DNA of 56,137 bases. Source: Candidatus Caldipriscus sp. (lineage in GTDB: Bacteria > Hydrothermota > Hydrothermia > LBFQ01). The stretch covers positions 1 to 56,137 of the forward strand of contig JBMSAP010000091.1 of NCBI GenBank assembly GCA_049414445.1, written 5' to 3'. Below the pieces are notes generated by a model. That model worked only from the letters and a program-made list of their open reading frames with translations. It had not been told where the DNA came from and did no database searches. How positions within the stretch are numbered: position 1 is the first letter of the stretch; each line of letters starts with the position of its first letter. Of the stretch, positions 1 to 9,343 are shown piece after piece. Both the position numbers and the translations under genes were made by a program.

Positions 1-1
1 A

Positions 2-1063
2 GGTAAAGGGAAAATGGGGCTTAAAGGCTAAGGAGAGGGCAAGCCACCCCACCGACCACCTCATAAAAACCCTCTTATCGTTTTTACCATTAAAAACCCT
101 TCCATTTTCATCAACAAGGTTCCTTAAAGCCCAATCCTCCAATTTCTTCGCTCTATTTTTATCCCCGAATATTTTAAAGGTTATTATTAAAACCGCAACA
201 TCGTGCGTGTCAAATTTCTTTTTGCCGAGCTTTGAAATCGGTAGGTGGGTTTCCTTATCAAAAAGGTTCTCTATGTAAAAGCTGTACCCCTTCCTTATTC
301 CCTCGTCGAGCTCATCATCACCCAAGATGTTTTTGATCCCCAAAAGCCCCCAAAGGTTATAAGCGGTGTGAATGTTATCCACGTATTTCATAGTGATCCT
401 GTCAAGCCCGTAGATCCATCTTCCATCTTCCCCCTGATAATTTATTAACGTTTTAGCGATCTCTCTTGCGGTTTCTTCTTCTCCACCGCTTATAAGGTAC
501 GCAAGGGCTCCCAAAACCGAACTGTTAAAAATCCTCAACCTATCTAATGGCGTATAGCTCATCCAAAGGTATCCATTTTCATCCCTGAAAACGTTTAAAG
601 TTTTCTCGTAAAATGGCAAAAATTCCCCAAGATCTATCTTCCAACCGAAAACCTTCCTTGCGCAGTTTAGGGCAAATACCGCAAAGCTCGTTGCTATAAC
701 ATTTGGCGTTCCAAGGGGAACATAAAATACACTACTCTGCCAAGGAAAGTTATAACCGAAAGCTATCCCACCGTTAGTTTTTATAGCATAACCCTTTAAT
801 ATCTCCCAAACCTTTCTTGCCCTTTCCTCATCACCCAAGAGGGAATACGTCCAAAGGAAGAGGGCCAAACCCTTTGGGTTATGCCCCTTTGGGATAAGAA
901 GAATTTTCCTAAATTTTTCATCAACCCTCTTAACGAACTGTTGGAACAACAGACGATAAATGGGTAAATTTATCCCTGAAAGTGGAGAGAGCAAACCATC
1001 GTAAGGGTCATAACCTTTGTAGTTTTCCCTTTCCGCAAAAGCTAAGATCCTATCCAAGCTCAT
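2..1063 (-). CDS. Partial ORF (runs off window start; absent from ORF track): putative (alpha/alpha)-barrel protein of the GYDPYDG family often found near polysaccharide genes
   Basis: Manual translation from ATG 1063 (GAGGAG SD upstream): MSLDRILAFAERENYKGYDPYDGLLSP...NPKGLALF...FGYNFPWQS...TPNVIATSF...DNIHTAYNL...FMRWSVGW; open to the window edge. Confidence 0.75.
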   Translation of the reverse strand, partial: MSLDRILAFAERENYKGYDPYDGLLSPLSGINLPIYRLLFQQFVKRVDEKFRKILLIPKGHNPKGLALFLWTYSLLGDEERARKVWEILKGYAIKTNGGIAFGYNFPWQSSVFYVPLGTPNVIATSFAVFALNCARKVFGWKIDLGEFLPFYEKTLNVFRDENGYLWMSYTPLDRLRIFNSSVLGALAYLISGGEEETAREIAKTLINYQGEDGRWIYGLDRITMKYVDNIHTAYNLWGLLGIKNILGDDELDEGIRKGYSFYIENLFDKETHLPISKLGKKKFDTHDVAVLIITFKIFGDKNRAKKLEDWALRNLVDENGRVFNGKNDKRVFMRWSVGWLALSLAFKPHFPFT

Positions 1064-1127
1064 TCCACTATCCTCCTCTTATAAACGGGAATTTTAAGAT
1101 GATTTTCACCCTTAAGATAGAAGGTTT

Positions 1128-1967
1128 ATGAACAAATACGGAAGTTTGATTTTGGGCTTAGTTTTCCTTGCTCTGGGTATCTTCATAGGCTCTTTTGGCA
1201 CAATTTACTTTAAGGGGAAAGCTGAAGGGGGATCGGAGGAAGTGCCGAAGGACGTATATAAAAAGGTTGGGGAGGTTTATATAACAAAGACGGATTTGGA
1301 GATGGCTTCCTCTATACCTCAGATCACCGCATCAAAGGAGGATATAGAGAAGGGGATCATAAAACTCGCCCTGTTTTACAACGAGGGAAAAAATTTGGGT
1401 TTGGATAAGGACAGTACGGTTAAGAGGTTAATGTACTGGGCGGAGAAGAACGTGGTTGCGGACGCCTTCTATAGGAAATATGTGCTTCCAAAGATAACGG
1501 TGGATACGACAGAGGTTATAAAGTTTATAAACGAGCATAAGGAAGAGTTTTCTACTGAAATTGCTATGCTTACGGTTTCTTTTCAGGATCCTAAACTTGC
1601 AGATACTTTAAAGAAACTTTTGAGGGACGGAAGTTATGCTGCGAACCTCATGCTTGAGGAATTCGCGAGGGGAGGGAAGATAGGGGTTCAGCCTACCGGT
1701 TATCAAAACTTGGGACTTGGAAGGTTCGCCCTAAGCGAAGAGGAATATGGCGCTTTAAGGGGCGCAAAGAAGGGGGATGTTATAGGGCCATTTCAGGTTG
1801 GACCGAACGTATTCGTGGTTGCGAAGGTGGTGGATATTAGAAAAACGAATATAAATAAGCTTGACCCACAGGTTAAAAGTATAATATACCAGTTCCTGCT
1901 TGAAAAGAGGCGCGTGGAGGTTGAAGATTCAGTTTTTTCCGCCCTTTCCGCTAAGTACAGGAGGTGA
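1128..1967 (+). CDS. Membrane-anchored SurA/PrsA-like foldase (degenerate PpiC-type domain)
   Basis: N-terminal TM; 'KVGEVYITKTD' SurA-N-like start; 'KKGDVIGPF...VFVVAKV' parvulin-like tail; upstream of surA. Confidence 0.65.
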   Translation: MNKYGSLILGLVFLALGIFIGSFGTIYFKGKAEGGSEEVPKDVYKKVGEVYITKTDLEMASSIPQITASKEDIEKGIIKLALFYNEGKNLGLDKDSTVKRLMYWAEKNVVADAFYRKYVLPKITVDTTEVIKFINEHKEEFSTEIAMLTVSFQDPKLADTLKKLLRDGSYAANLMLEEFARGGKIGVQPTGYQNLGLGRFALSEEEYGALRGAKKGDVIGPFQVGPNVFVVAKVVDIRKTNINKLDPQVKSIIYQFLLEKRRVEVEDSVFSALSAKYRR

Positions 1968-1970
1968 GGC

Positions 1971-3200
1971 ATGTTATTTTTGCTTATTTCTCAGCTTGAT
2001 ACGGTTGATAGGATAGTGGCGGTGGTTGGAAATAGGGCGTTTTGGATGTCCGAGGTGGACGAGATAGCCTTAATATACGGGGGGGCTATGGGGATAACAC
2101 CGGACAAACTCGGGGAGTTTAGGAAAGCGGTCCTTGAGGAACTTGTGAATATGGAGCTTTTATACCTAAAGGTGAGGCAAGATACAACCATAAAGGTTTC
2201 CGATCAAGAAATAAATCAAGCCCTTGATCAGCAAATAAACATTCTTATGGGAAACCTGAAAAAAGAGGAATTTGAGGAAAGGCTTAAGGAAGCCGGGCTT
2301 ACGGTGGATTACCTTAGGGAGTATTATAGGGGTTTTGTGCAGAGAAACCTTTACATCCAAAAGTTTGTTGAGATGAAGATAAGACCGAACATAAAAGTCA
2401 GCGATGAGGAGGTTATGAACTTTTATAAAACTTACAAGGATTCCCTAAAACAGCCGGACGAGTATAAGATCGCGGTTATTTCCTTCATAGTTAAACCATC
2501 GGCGAGCGAGGAACAGGAATATTACCAAAGGGCGAAAAATATACACGAGAGGTTGAAGAAGGGGGAGGATTTCTCAAGGTTGGCAGTGCAGATGTCGGAC
2601 GATAGGGAGAGCGCGCAAAGGGGTGGAAATTTAGGCGTGATACCCAAGAACGCATTACCACCGGATTTCATAAAGGAAATAGAAAAAACATCGGTGGGCG
2701 GGATCACGAAACCCTTAAGGGGACCTCAGGGTTATCATATCTTTAAAGTACTTGGGAAACAGGATGATTCATACCTTTTGGCTCATATATTGGTGAAAGT
2801 TAAACCCTCGCAAAGGGCAAAGAATAATGTTATGGCGCGGGCAAAGAGGGTGGCAAACTTGGCCAAAGCGGGGCAGGACTTCTCAAAGCTTGCTAGGACT
2901 TATTCCGAAGATCCAATAAGTAGGGAGAACGGAGGGGATATAGGTTGGGTGAGTGAAGTGGTTTTGCCCAAGAACCTCGCCGAAATCTTAAGAAACGCCA
3001 AGGTGGGTGATATAGTTGGACCAATCGAATCTCCCGATGGTTTAACGATAAATATTTTCAAGGTCCTTGATAAGAGGGAGGGTAAGGAGCCCACATACGA
3101 AGAAATTAGAAATGTGGTCTTGGGTAGGAAAATAGATGAGCAGTTAAAAAAGCTCGTAGAGGATGCAAAGAAGGAGTTTTATTACAAGATCAACCTATGA
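1971..3200 (+). CDS. surA: SurA-like periplasmic chaperone/peptidylprolyl isomerase with two PpiC domains
   Basis: 'VDRIVAVVG' N-domain; two parvulin repeats (GEDFSRLA..SDD..SAQRGGNLG; GQDFSKLA..YSEDP.S...GGDIG); AGGAGG SD. Confidence 0.88.
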   Translation: MLFLLISQLDTVDRIVAVVGNRAFWMSEVDEIALIYGGAMGITPDKLGEFRKAVLEELVNMELLYLKVRQDTTIKVSDQEINQALDQQINILMGNLKKEEFEERLKEAGLTVDYLREYYRGFVQRNLYIQKFVEMKIRPNIKVSDEEVMNFYKTYKDSLKQPDEYKIAVISFIVKPSASEEQEYYQRAKNIHERLKKGEDFSRLAVQMSDDRESAQRGGNLGVIPKNALPPDFIKEIEKTSVGGITKPLRGPQGYHIFKVLGKQDDSYLLAHILVKVKPSQRAKNNVMARAKRVANLAKAGQDFSKLARTYSEDPISRENGGDIGWVSEVVLPKNLAEILRNAKVGDIVGPIESPDGLTINIFKVLDKREGKEPTYEEIRNVVLGRKIDEQLKKLVEDAKKEFYYKINL

Positions 3201-3800
3201 GGTTTGGGATATTAACCTTTGTAAGGAGGGCCTTATTAAACGGGGATGAATTTTGGGGTTTTAGGGATGGTTGGCAGGGTGTTGTAGTTTAATCCTTTGG
3301 AATACAGGGGCTTTATAAATTCTGCCCTTTCAACCTTGCAAGAAGTTGATGGTTTGGTGGTTATAGGGGGAAAGTGGTGTTCATACCAAAAACCATTGAT
3401 AACGATATATGGGGTACGGAAAGTATAGGTTTTGATAATTACATTCAACTGCTGAATCCCAAAAGAGGGTTTTTGTGGTCCAGGTTATGGGGAGGCATAC
3501 GGGTTGGATAGCCCTGTATTTGGGAATATCGGCGGGGGCGGATGTTATCGTAATACCCGAGTGCCAAATAGCGGAAGTCGTTGAAAACAGGAGGAGGAAG
3601 GGGAGAAAATTTAGTAAGGTATTCGGATCAGAAGGTTCAATAGGTTTGTTGAGGTAGGGTATGTCCTTAGGGGGGAAGCCCGAGCGCGTATGACAGGCTT
3701 ATGGCACATACTATGGGAAATTTTGCTTATGAACTTTTATCAAAAGGTAAATTGGTTATGATGTCTTTGCCTTGGACGTTAGCCTTGAGGAATTCCTAAG
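3197..3800 (+). pseudogene. pfkA: Heavily eroded 6-phosphofructokinase (PfkA family) remnant; end approximate
   Basis: Collinear fragments in shifting frames: MRFGILT (ATG 3197), GLVVIGG, PKTIDNDIWGT..IGFD (~3386), VMGRHTGWIAL...ADVIVIPE (3475-), GYVLRGG/SPSAYDR (~3657-3697); many stops and deletions. Confidence 0.85.
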
Positions 3801-3875
3801 GGTCAAAATATTTTTTGGATAATATGCTCCATTTATCTGAATTTTATTTTTCTTAAATCCCATTAATTTTTTCTT

Positions 3876-4964
3876 ATGTGGATAATCGCCCTACTTCCCA
3901 CCAGAGGTTCGGATTATGCTGTAAAGGTGGATACCGCTTTTTGGATCACGTTTTTCTTATCCCTCATCTTCTTTGTGATAATAAACTTCGCCCTTTTGGT
4001 GTTCATAATCAAGTACAGGAGAAAGAAGGGGGATGAAGAACCCGGAGCACCGATAAGCCACAACACACCCCTTGAGATCGTATAGACACTTATACCCACC
4101 ATCCTTTTGTTCGTGATATTCTGGTTTGGATATAAAGCTTACGCCGAGATAAAATGGCCAAAAGAAAAACCTAAGTACGAGATCAGGATAACCGCGAGGC
4201 AGTGGGGTTGGACCGCGGAATATTCCGATGGGAAGAAGCTTATAACGGGAACAATAAAGGATGATAGATTCATCACCCCCAAGGATTTTCAGCCTATAAT
4301 CTTCGTTCCCGCTGGGGAACCCGTACAGTTGATCCTAACCTCCCAGGATGTTATTCACAGCTTCTACGTACCGAAATTTAGGGTAAAATACGATGCGATC
4401 CCGGGAAGATATACGAAGATTTGGTTTCAGGCTGAAAGACCCGGAGAATACGAGGTTTTTTGCGCAGAATACTGCGGGGCTTGGCACTCAAGGATGCCTG
4501 CTAAGGTTGTAGCCCTTCCCCCCAAGCAATTTGAAAGGTTTATGATGATCCCCGCGGAAAAGTTTAACAATACGTTGGCAAGCATGCCCCTTGATTCCAC
4601 TTACGCGGTTTTAAATCTCTCGGATAAAGAGTTTGAGGAGTGGTCCGGAGCGCAGGAGAAGCTCCTTTTAGTCATGTCTCCCGCGGATAGGGGGAAGGTT
4701 TTATCTCAAAGATTGTGTCAATCCTGTCATTCCTTTGATGGTTCTCCGGGGATAGGTCCGACTTGGAAGGGGTCGTTTGGTCGTACGGTGGAGCTTGCGG
4801 ATGGTAGGAAGGTGGTTGCGGATGAGAACTATATTAGGGAATCTACACTTCAGCCTCAGGCGAAAATTGTTAAGGGCTTTCAGCCCGTTATGCCCTCCTT
4901 CCAGGGGCAATTGACCGAGGAACAAATTTCGGACATAATTGAATTTATAAAGACACTTAAATAA
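3876..4964 (+). pseudogene. ctaC: Cytochrome c oxidase subunit II with fused cytochrome c (caa3 type), interrupted by in-frame TAG at 4083-4085
   Basis: ORFs 3876..4085 and 4107..4964 share a frame; HNTPLEIV*TLIP has TAG at the conserved Trp; CuA motif DVIHSF...CAEYCGAWHSRM; heme c motif CQSCH. Confidence 0.88.
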
Positions 4965-4975
4965 GGAGGTGCAAG

Positions 4976-6548
4976 ATGGAGGCAAAGCTTCGGGAAATTG
5001 AAAGCAAAAGAACATACCTTGATGAAAAGGGGATAAGATCCTGGCTCTTTACCCTAGACCATAAGAGGATAGGGCTAATGTACCTATTCACGATCCTTAT
5101 CTTCCTCCTCGTCGGGGGACTATTTGCCATAATCTTCAGGACGGAGCTCGCATTCCCCGGAAGGCAATTCTTATCACCCGAAGCCCACAACATTTTATTT
5201 ACCCTACACGGGGCAATGCTCACCTTCCTCGTAATAATCCCACTAATACCCTCCGCCTTGGGTAACTTTTTCCTCCCAATAATGATCGGCGCAAGGGAAG
5301 TCGTATTTCCCAGGATAAACCTACTGAGCTATTGGCTTTTCTTTACTGGTGCCTTATTGTTGTTATTTTCCCTCCTTTTATACTCCCTACAGCGCAAACA
5401 AGGGCCTGAACGTCTTTATAGTATCCCTTGCGGTATTTATACTCGGCATGTCTTCAATTTTAACGGGTATGAATTTCATAGTGACCGTTCACAAGCTAAG
5501 GGCGCCGGGTATGACCTGGGGAAAACTTCCCCTCTTCGTTTGGGCTCTATACGCTACAAGCTTGGTTCAGCTCCTTGCGACCCCCGTTTTGGGTATAACT
5601 TTGCTCCTGCTTGGAATGGAGAATCTACTTGGTATAGGATTCTTCGATCCCGCAAAGGGTGGTGATCCCGTCCTATTCCAGCATCTCTTCTGGTTCTATT
5701 CGCATCCCGCGGTTTATATTATGATCCTACCTGCCTTTGGTGTGATCTCGGAGCTTGTATCCGTTCACAGTAGAAAACCCATATTCGGATATTGGTTTAT
5801 AGCGGCATCTTCTTTGGCGATAGCCTTCATAGGTTTCATCGTTTGGGGACACCATATGTTCGTTGCGGGTATGTCTCCAATAGCGGACATTATATTCTCC
5901 TTCTTAACTTACCTTGTTGCCATACCTACCGCAGTGAAGATCTTCAACTGGACCGCAACATTGTACAAGGGCAAGATCTCATTTACAACACCTATGCTTT
6001 ATGCCCTTGGCTTCATTTCCCTTTTCCTTATAGGAGGTTTAACGGGACTATTCCTGGCGAATTTGGGTACCGATATACATCTTCATGATACTTACTTTGT
6101 GGTTGGGCACTTCCATTATGTTATGGTTGGAGCGGCGGTATTTGCCTTCTTTGGCGCCCTGTTCCATTGGACACCCAAGATGTTCGGGAGGATGTATAAT
6201 GAAAGGTGGGCAAAAATTGGTTGGTTCTTCAACTTCCTAGGTTTTAACCTCGCTTTCTTCCCTCAGTTCATTCTGGGAATACAAGGTATGCCCAGAAGGT
6301 ACTGGGATTATCCGGCGGAGTTCCAAAGCTTGCATTTTGTTTCAACGATAGGGGCTTATTTAATAGCCTTAGGTGCCTTGATATCCCTTGCGGTCTTTAT
6401 ACACGCCATATTTAAGGGCGAAAAGGCGGAAGATAACCCTTGGGGTGGCAAATCCCTTGAATGGACTATACCTTCTCCTCCCCCGACCGAGAACTTTGAG
6501 AAAATACCCGTAGTCAAAGAGGGACCTTACGATTTTGTGAAACACTAA
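4976..6548 (+). pseudogene. ctaD: Heme-copper oxidase subunit I, type A2, frameshifted near 5360-5380
   Basis: Frame 1: TLDHKRIG, TLHG, FPRIN..SYW; frame 2: [26 protein letters not shown] (A2 YS motif), [25 protein letters not shown]; the usual GWT segment before FYxP is missing. Confidence 0.9.
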
Positions 6549-6561
6549 AAGGAGGTAAGAT

Positions 6562-6901
6562 ATGGAACAGGTTCTTGAGAAACAGCATGATGTTGAAGAA
6601 AAACACGCGGGCTTGGAAGGGGCAAAGATGGGGATGTGGCTCTTCCCTTTTACCGAGCTCCTTCTCTTCGGAGGACTATTCGCCGCTTATGCGGTTTTCC
6701 ACACGATTTACTCGAAGGATTTTGAGATCGCCCACCATAATTTAAACAGAACCATAGGTTTTATAAACACCTTGATCCTTATTACAAGCTCTCTCACAAT
6801 GGCGCTTTCGGTTTGGAGCGCCCAAACGAGTAGGAAAGGGCTATTAAACCTCTTCTTGCTTTTAACTATCCTTTTGGGAACGGCCTTTTTAGTGATAAAG
6901 T
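6562..6901 (+). pseudogene. ctaE: Cytochrome c oxidase subunit III, N-terminal half only
   Basis: GMWLF..TE..LFGGLFAAY, NTLILITSS.TM, LG..FL.IK, then homology stops at ~6900; AGGAGG SD. Confidence 0.85.
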
Positions 6902-7465
6902 TGTCCGGTGGTATGTGCTACTACCCTACTTAAAACTTACGAAGCTTTAAAGGAGATAGGGGATCTAAAGGTGGGAAGGGATTACAGGGTTTTGGTTTAT
7001 TCCTTTAATCACAAGAACACGGTTGAGGAGGCAAAACAAAAGTTCAACTCATATTCGCACTTCTTTGGTGAAAATGCTATATTTGCGATTGGGGATTCTC
7101 TTAACGTTCTGAAGCTCTCGGAGATCTTAGGTTTTAAGTACAAAAAGGTAAAGGAGGGTTTATATTCGCACCCAGTGGCGATATTTGTTACCACCCCCGA
7201 CGGTAAAACCTCCCAGGTAATATACGACTTCGGCAAAATAAACCCGATGGACTTAAGGCTCTCACTTTTGGAAGCGTCAAAAGGTAAGATAGGGGAAAAC
7301 AGGCTCATAAACAAGTTCCTTATGTACTGCTTTGAGTACGATTCCGCAAATAAAAGATACGAGCTTGTGGTTTGGAACTTAGTAAAGCTTTTTGGGATAC
7401 TTAGCATAGGCATAATATTGGTCCTGTATGCATACATTTTCTTTAAGAGGGAGAAAAAAACATAG
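6902..7465 (+). pseudogene. SCO1/SenC-family copper chaperone, N-terminally truncated
   Basis: TGT CCG GTG GTA TGT = CPVVC at 6902-6916 in frame with ORF 6908..7465; conserved His (YSHP), TPDGK, DLRLSLLEAS.GKIG, YCFEYD, C-terminal TM; no N-terminal half or own start signal. Confidence 0.82.
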
Positions 7466-8756
7466 CCAAAGATAAAATAAGAGCAAAGGCTAACTGCGAA
7501 AAGACAAACACGGAATACTTACCTTTCCCGAAAACCCTATAAGACCAATACAAAACTGGTGCAATTTGGGAGAGGGAAACAGCGAAGGCCAAACCTATGT
7601 ATCCGAAAAAAAAGGAAAGGATCGGTGCCAAGAAAAAATTTGTTATCGTTGATAAGACAAAACCCTCGTTTGCCAACCTCCTCTTAAATAGGGCAAAAAG
7701 GTAAGAAAGGAAAATAGAAGAATATACGAAGGCGGGCAACGAAGGTAGATAACCTAAAACCGCCAAATAAGTGTTCTCCGCATCAAGTAGGGTAAATTTC
7801 CCCCTAACGAACAAAAACCTTATTATCATTTCACCAAATATACCGAAAAGGATGACAAAGAACAAGGAAAAAATTGTGCTGAAAATTATGGACTTTTTGA
7901 GTTTTTGAAGTGCCCTACCCTCCTCTTCCGAGCTTTCCTTGGAGAGAACTGTGCCGAAGGATACCCCTATTAGTCCCTGGGGTAGCTGTATTAAGCGGAA
8001 GGCGTAATTTAAATAGGCTATGGAGCCCGTGGGTAAGAAGGAGGATATTACCGTGTTTATGAAGGTGGAGATTTGGAGGAAACCGCTGTTTAGGGATATT
8101 GAGAGCCAATTTTTGAAAAATTCTGGGATTGCAGGGTGCTTGAAGTTGGGTTTTTGGGGAAGTTCAAAGGTAAAGGGTAGAAGAAAGAGAAACTGCATAA
8201 CGCATCCGACGAGGAAGGATAAAGCCCCAAGAATTGGGTACTTTGAAGCAAAAAAAATGGTTATTATCATGCCTAGGTTGAAAAATACGGGGGAGAAACC
8301 GGATATAAAAAACTTCCCCCTTGAATTTGCTATTCCCATCTGAAGGGCAGACGCGCTTATGAAGAGGAGGGAAGGGAACGTAAAGAGCATAGAACTCAAA
8401 GTAAAGGAGTATTTTTCGGGATCCTTTGAAAACCCCGGGGCTATTACGTTTAGTATAAATGGAGAAAAGAGCATTCCCAAGATCACCGCCATGGAGGTTG
8501 CGCCGATTATGATGTATATTAAGGACCAAAGTAATCCCTTGTCTTTCCACCTAACAAATATTGGAACGAAGGCGTTTTGAGATATTCCCTCCGCAAGGAT
8601 ACCCCTCAACATCGTTGGGATCCTTATTGCAACCACCACCGCGTCCGCGTATTGGGTTGAACCCAAAGAATAAGCAAAAACCATCTCCCTTAAGAAACCC
8701 AAAACCCTGCTTATTAGGGTTCCAAAGGCGAAGGATAAAGCGGATTTTAAACTCAT
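7443..8756 (-). CDS. murJ: Lipid II flippase MurJ (MviN)
   Basis: SRVLGFLRE, ADA...A.RIP..LR..LAEG...AFVP, YA.RL.QLP.G; likely start ATG 8756 overlapping upstream stop (ATGA). Confidence 0.92.
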   Translation of the reverse strand: MSLKSALSFAFGTLISRVLGFLREMVFAYSLGSTQYADAVVVAIRIPTMLRGILAEGISQNAFVPIFVRWKDKGLLWSLIYIIIGATSMAVILGMLFSPFILNVIAPGFSKDPEKYSFTLSSMLFTFPSLLFISASALQMGIANSRGKFFISGFSPVFFNLGMIITIFFASKYPILGALSFLVGCVMQFLFLLPFTFELPQKPNFKHPAIPEFFKNWLSISLNSGFLQISTFINTVISSFLPTGSIAYLNYAFRLIQLPQGLIGVSFGTVLSKESSEEEGRALQKLKKSIIFSTIFSLFFVILFGIFGEMIIRFLFVRGKFTLLDAENTYLAVLGYLPSLPAFVYSSIFLSYLFALFKRRLANEGFVLSTITNFFLAPILSFFFGYIGLAFAVSLSQIAPVLYWSYRVFGKGKYSVFVFSQLAFALILSLAMFFSPS

Positions 8757-9343
8757 AAAACGGAATGCAAAAGGAGGTATATGAAACTTGAAATTGGGTA
8801 AAGGAAGCTTCCTATTATGCTTATCGGTGAGATGATGGAGATGATGATCAAGATCCAAAGTACCCAAGAGAGCTTTGATTCAATATCGTAGTTTTGGTAT
8901 AAGTTGGGGAATATTCCCTGAAGGATCCTCCAACCATCAAGGGGAGGGAGGGGTATTAGATTAAAAACCGCGAGGTATATGTTTATCCAAACGAAAGTAT
9001 CAAGACCAATGGGATTTACGAAGTTTTGGGCAAAGACGCCAACCGATGCCAGAATTATGTTTGATAAGGGGCCGGCGAGGGCAACCATTGCGGTATTTAG
9101 GGGTGGGTTTTTGAAGTAGAAGGGGTTTACGGGGACGGGTTTTGCCCAACCGAACCCCACAAGGAGGACCATAAGGAAGCCGATGGGGTCGATATGAACG
9201 AGGGGGTTTAGGGATAATCTACCTTCATACTTTGCGGTGCGATCCCCCAACTTATAAGCCATCCAAGCGTGGGCGAATTCGTGGAAGGTTAGGGAAAGGA
9301 TTAAAAAGGGGCTTATGGCCAGTCTTATTATCAGACTTTCCAT
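8753..9343 (-). CDS. Site-2 protease (peptidase M50) family protein
   Basis: HEFAH, GRLSLNPLVHIDP, GWAKPVPVN, AGPLSN, FNLIPLPPLDG. Confidence 0.93.
   Translation of the reverse strand: MESLIIRLAISPFLILSLTFHEFAHAWMAYKLGDRTAKYEGRLSLNPLVHIDPIGFLMVLLVGFGWAKPVPVNPFYFKNPPLNTAMVALAGPLSNIILASVGVFAQNFVNPIGLDTFVWINIYLAVFNLIPLPPLDGWRILQGIFPNLYQNYDIESKLSWVLWILIIISIISPISIIGSFLYPISSFIYLLLHSVL

Noticed and set aside
245-448. 67-aa plus-strand ORF and the many other short Ser/Pro/Phe-rich ORFs in the track
   Set aside because: Antisense shadows of motif-supported genes, expected from purine-rich coding strands
4083-4085. In-frame TAG in ctaC as stop-codon recoding, readthrough or pyrrolysine
   Set aside because: It is one transition from TGG at a conserved Trp, TAG ends normal genes here (32787-32789, 55340-55342), and neighbouring cox genes have unrelated lesions
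5349-5400. Programmed ribosomal frameshift in ctaD
   Set aside because: Conserved residues (the GWT segment) are missing at the junction, so shifting frame would not restore the protein
8757-8867. His-rich N-terminal extension on MurJ (DHHLHHLTDKH)
   Set aside because: Alternate-frame reading of the upstream M50 gene; an ATGA-coupled start at 8756 gives a normal MurJ N-terminus
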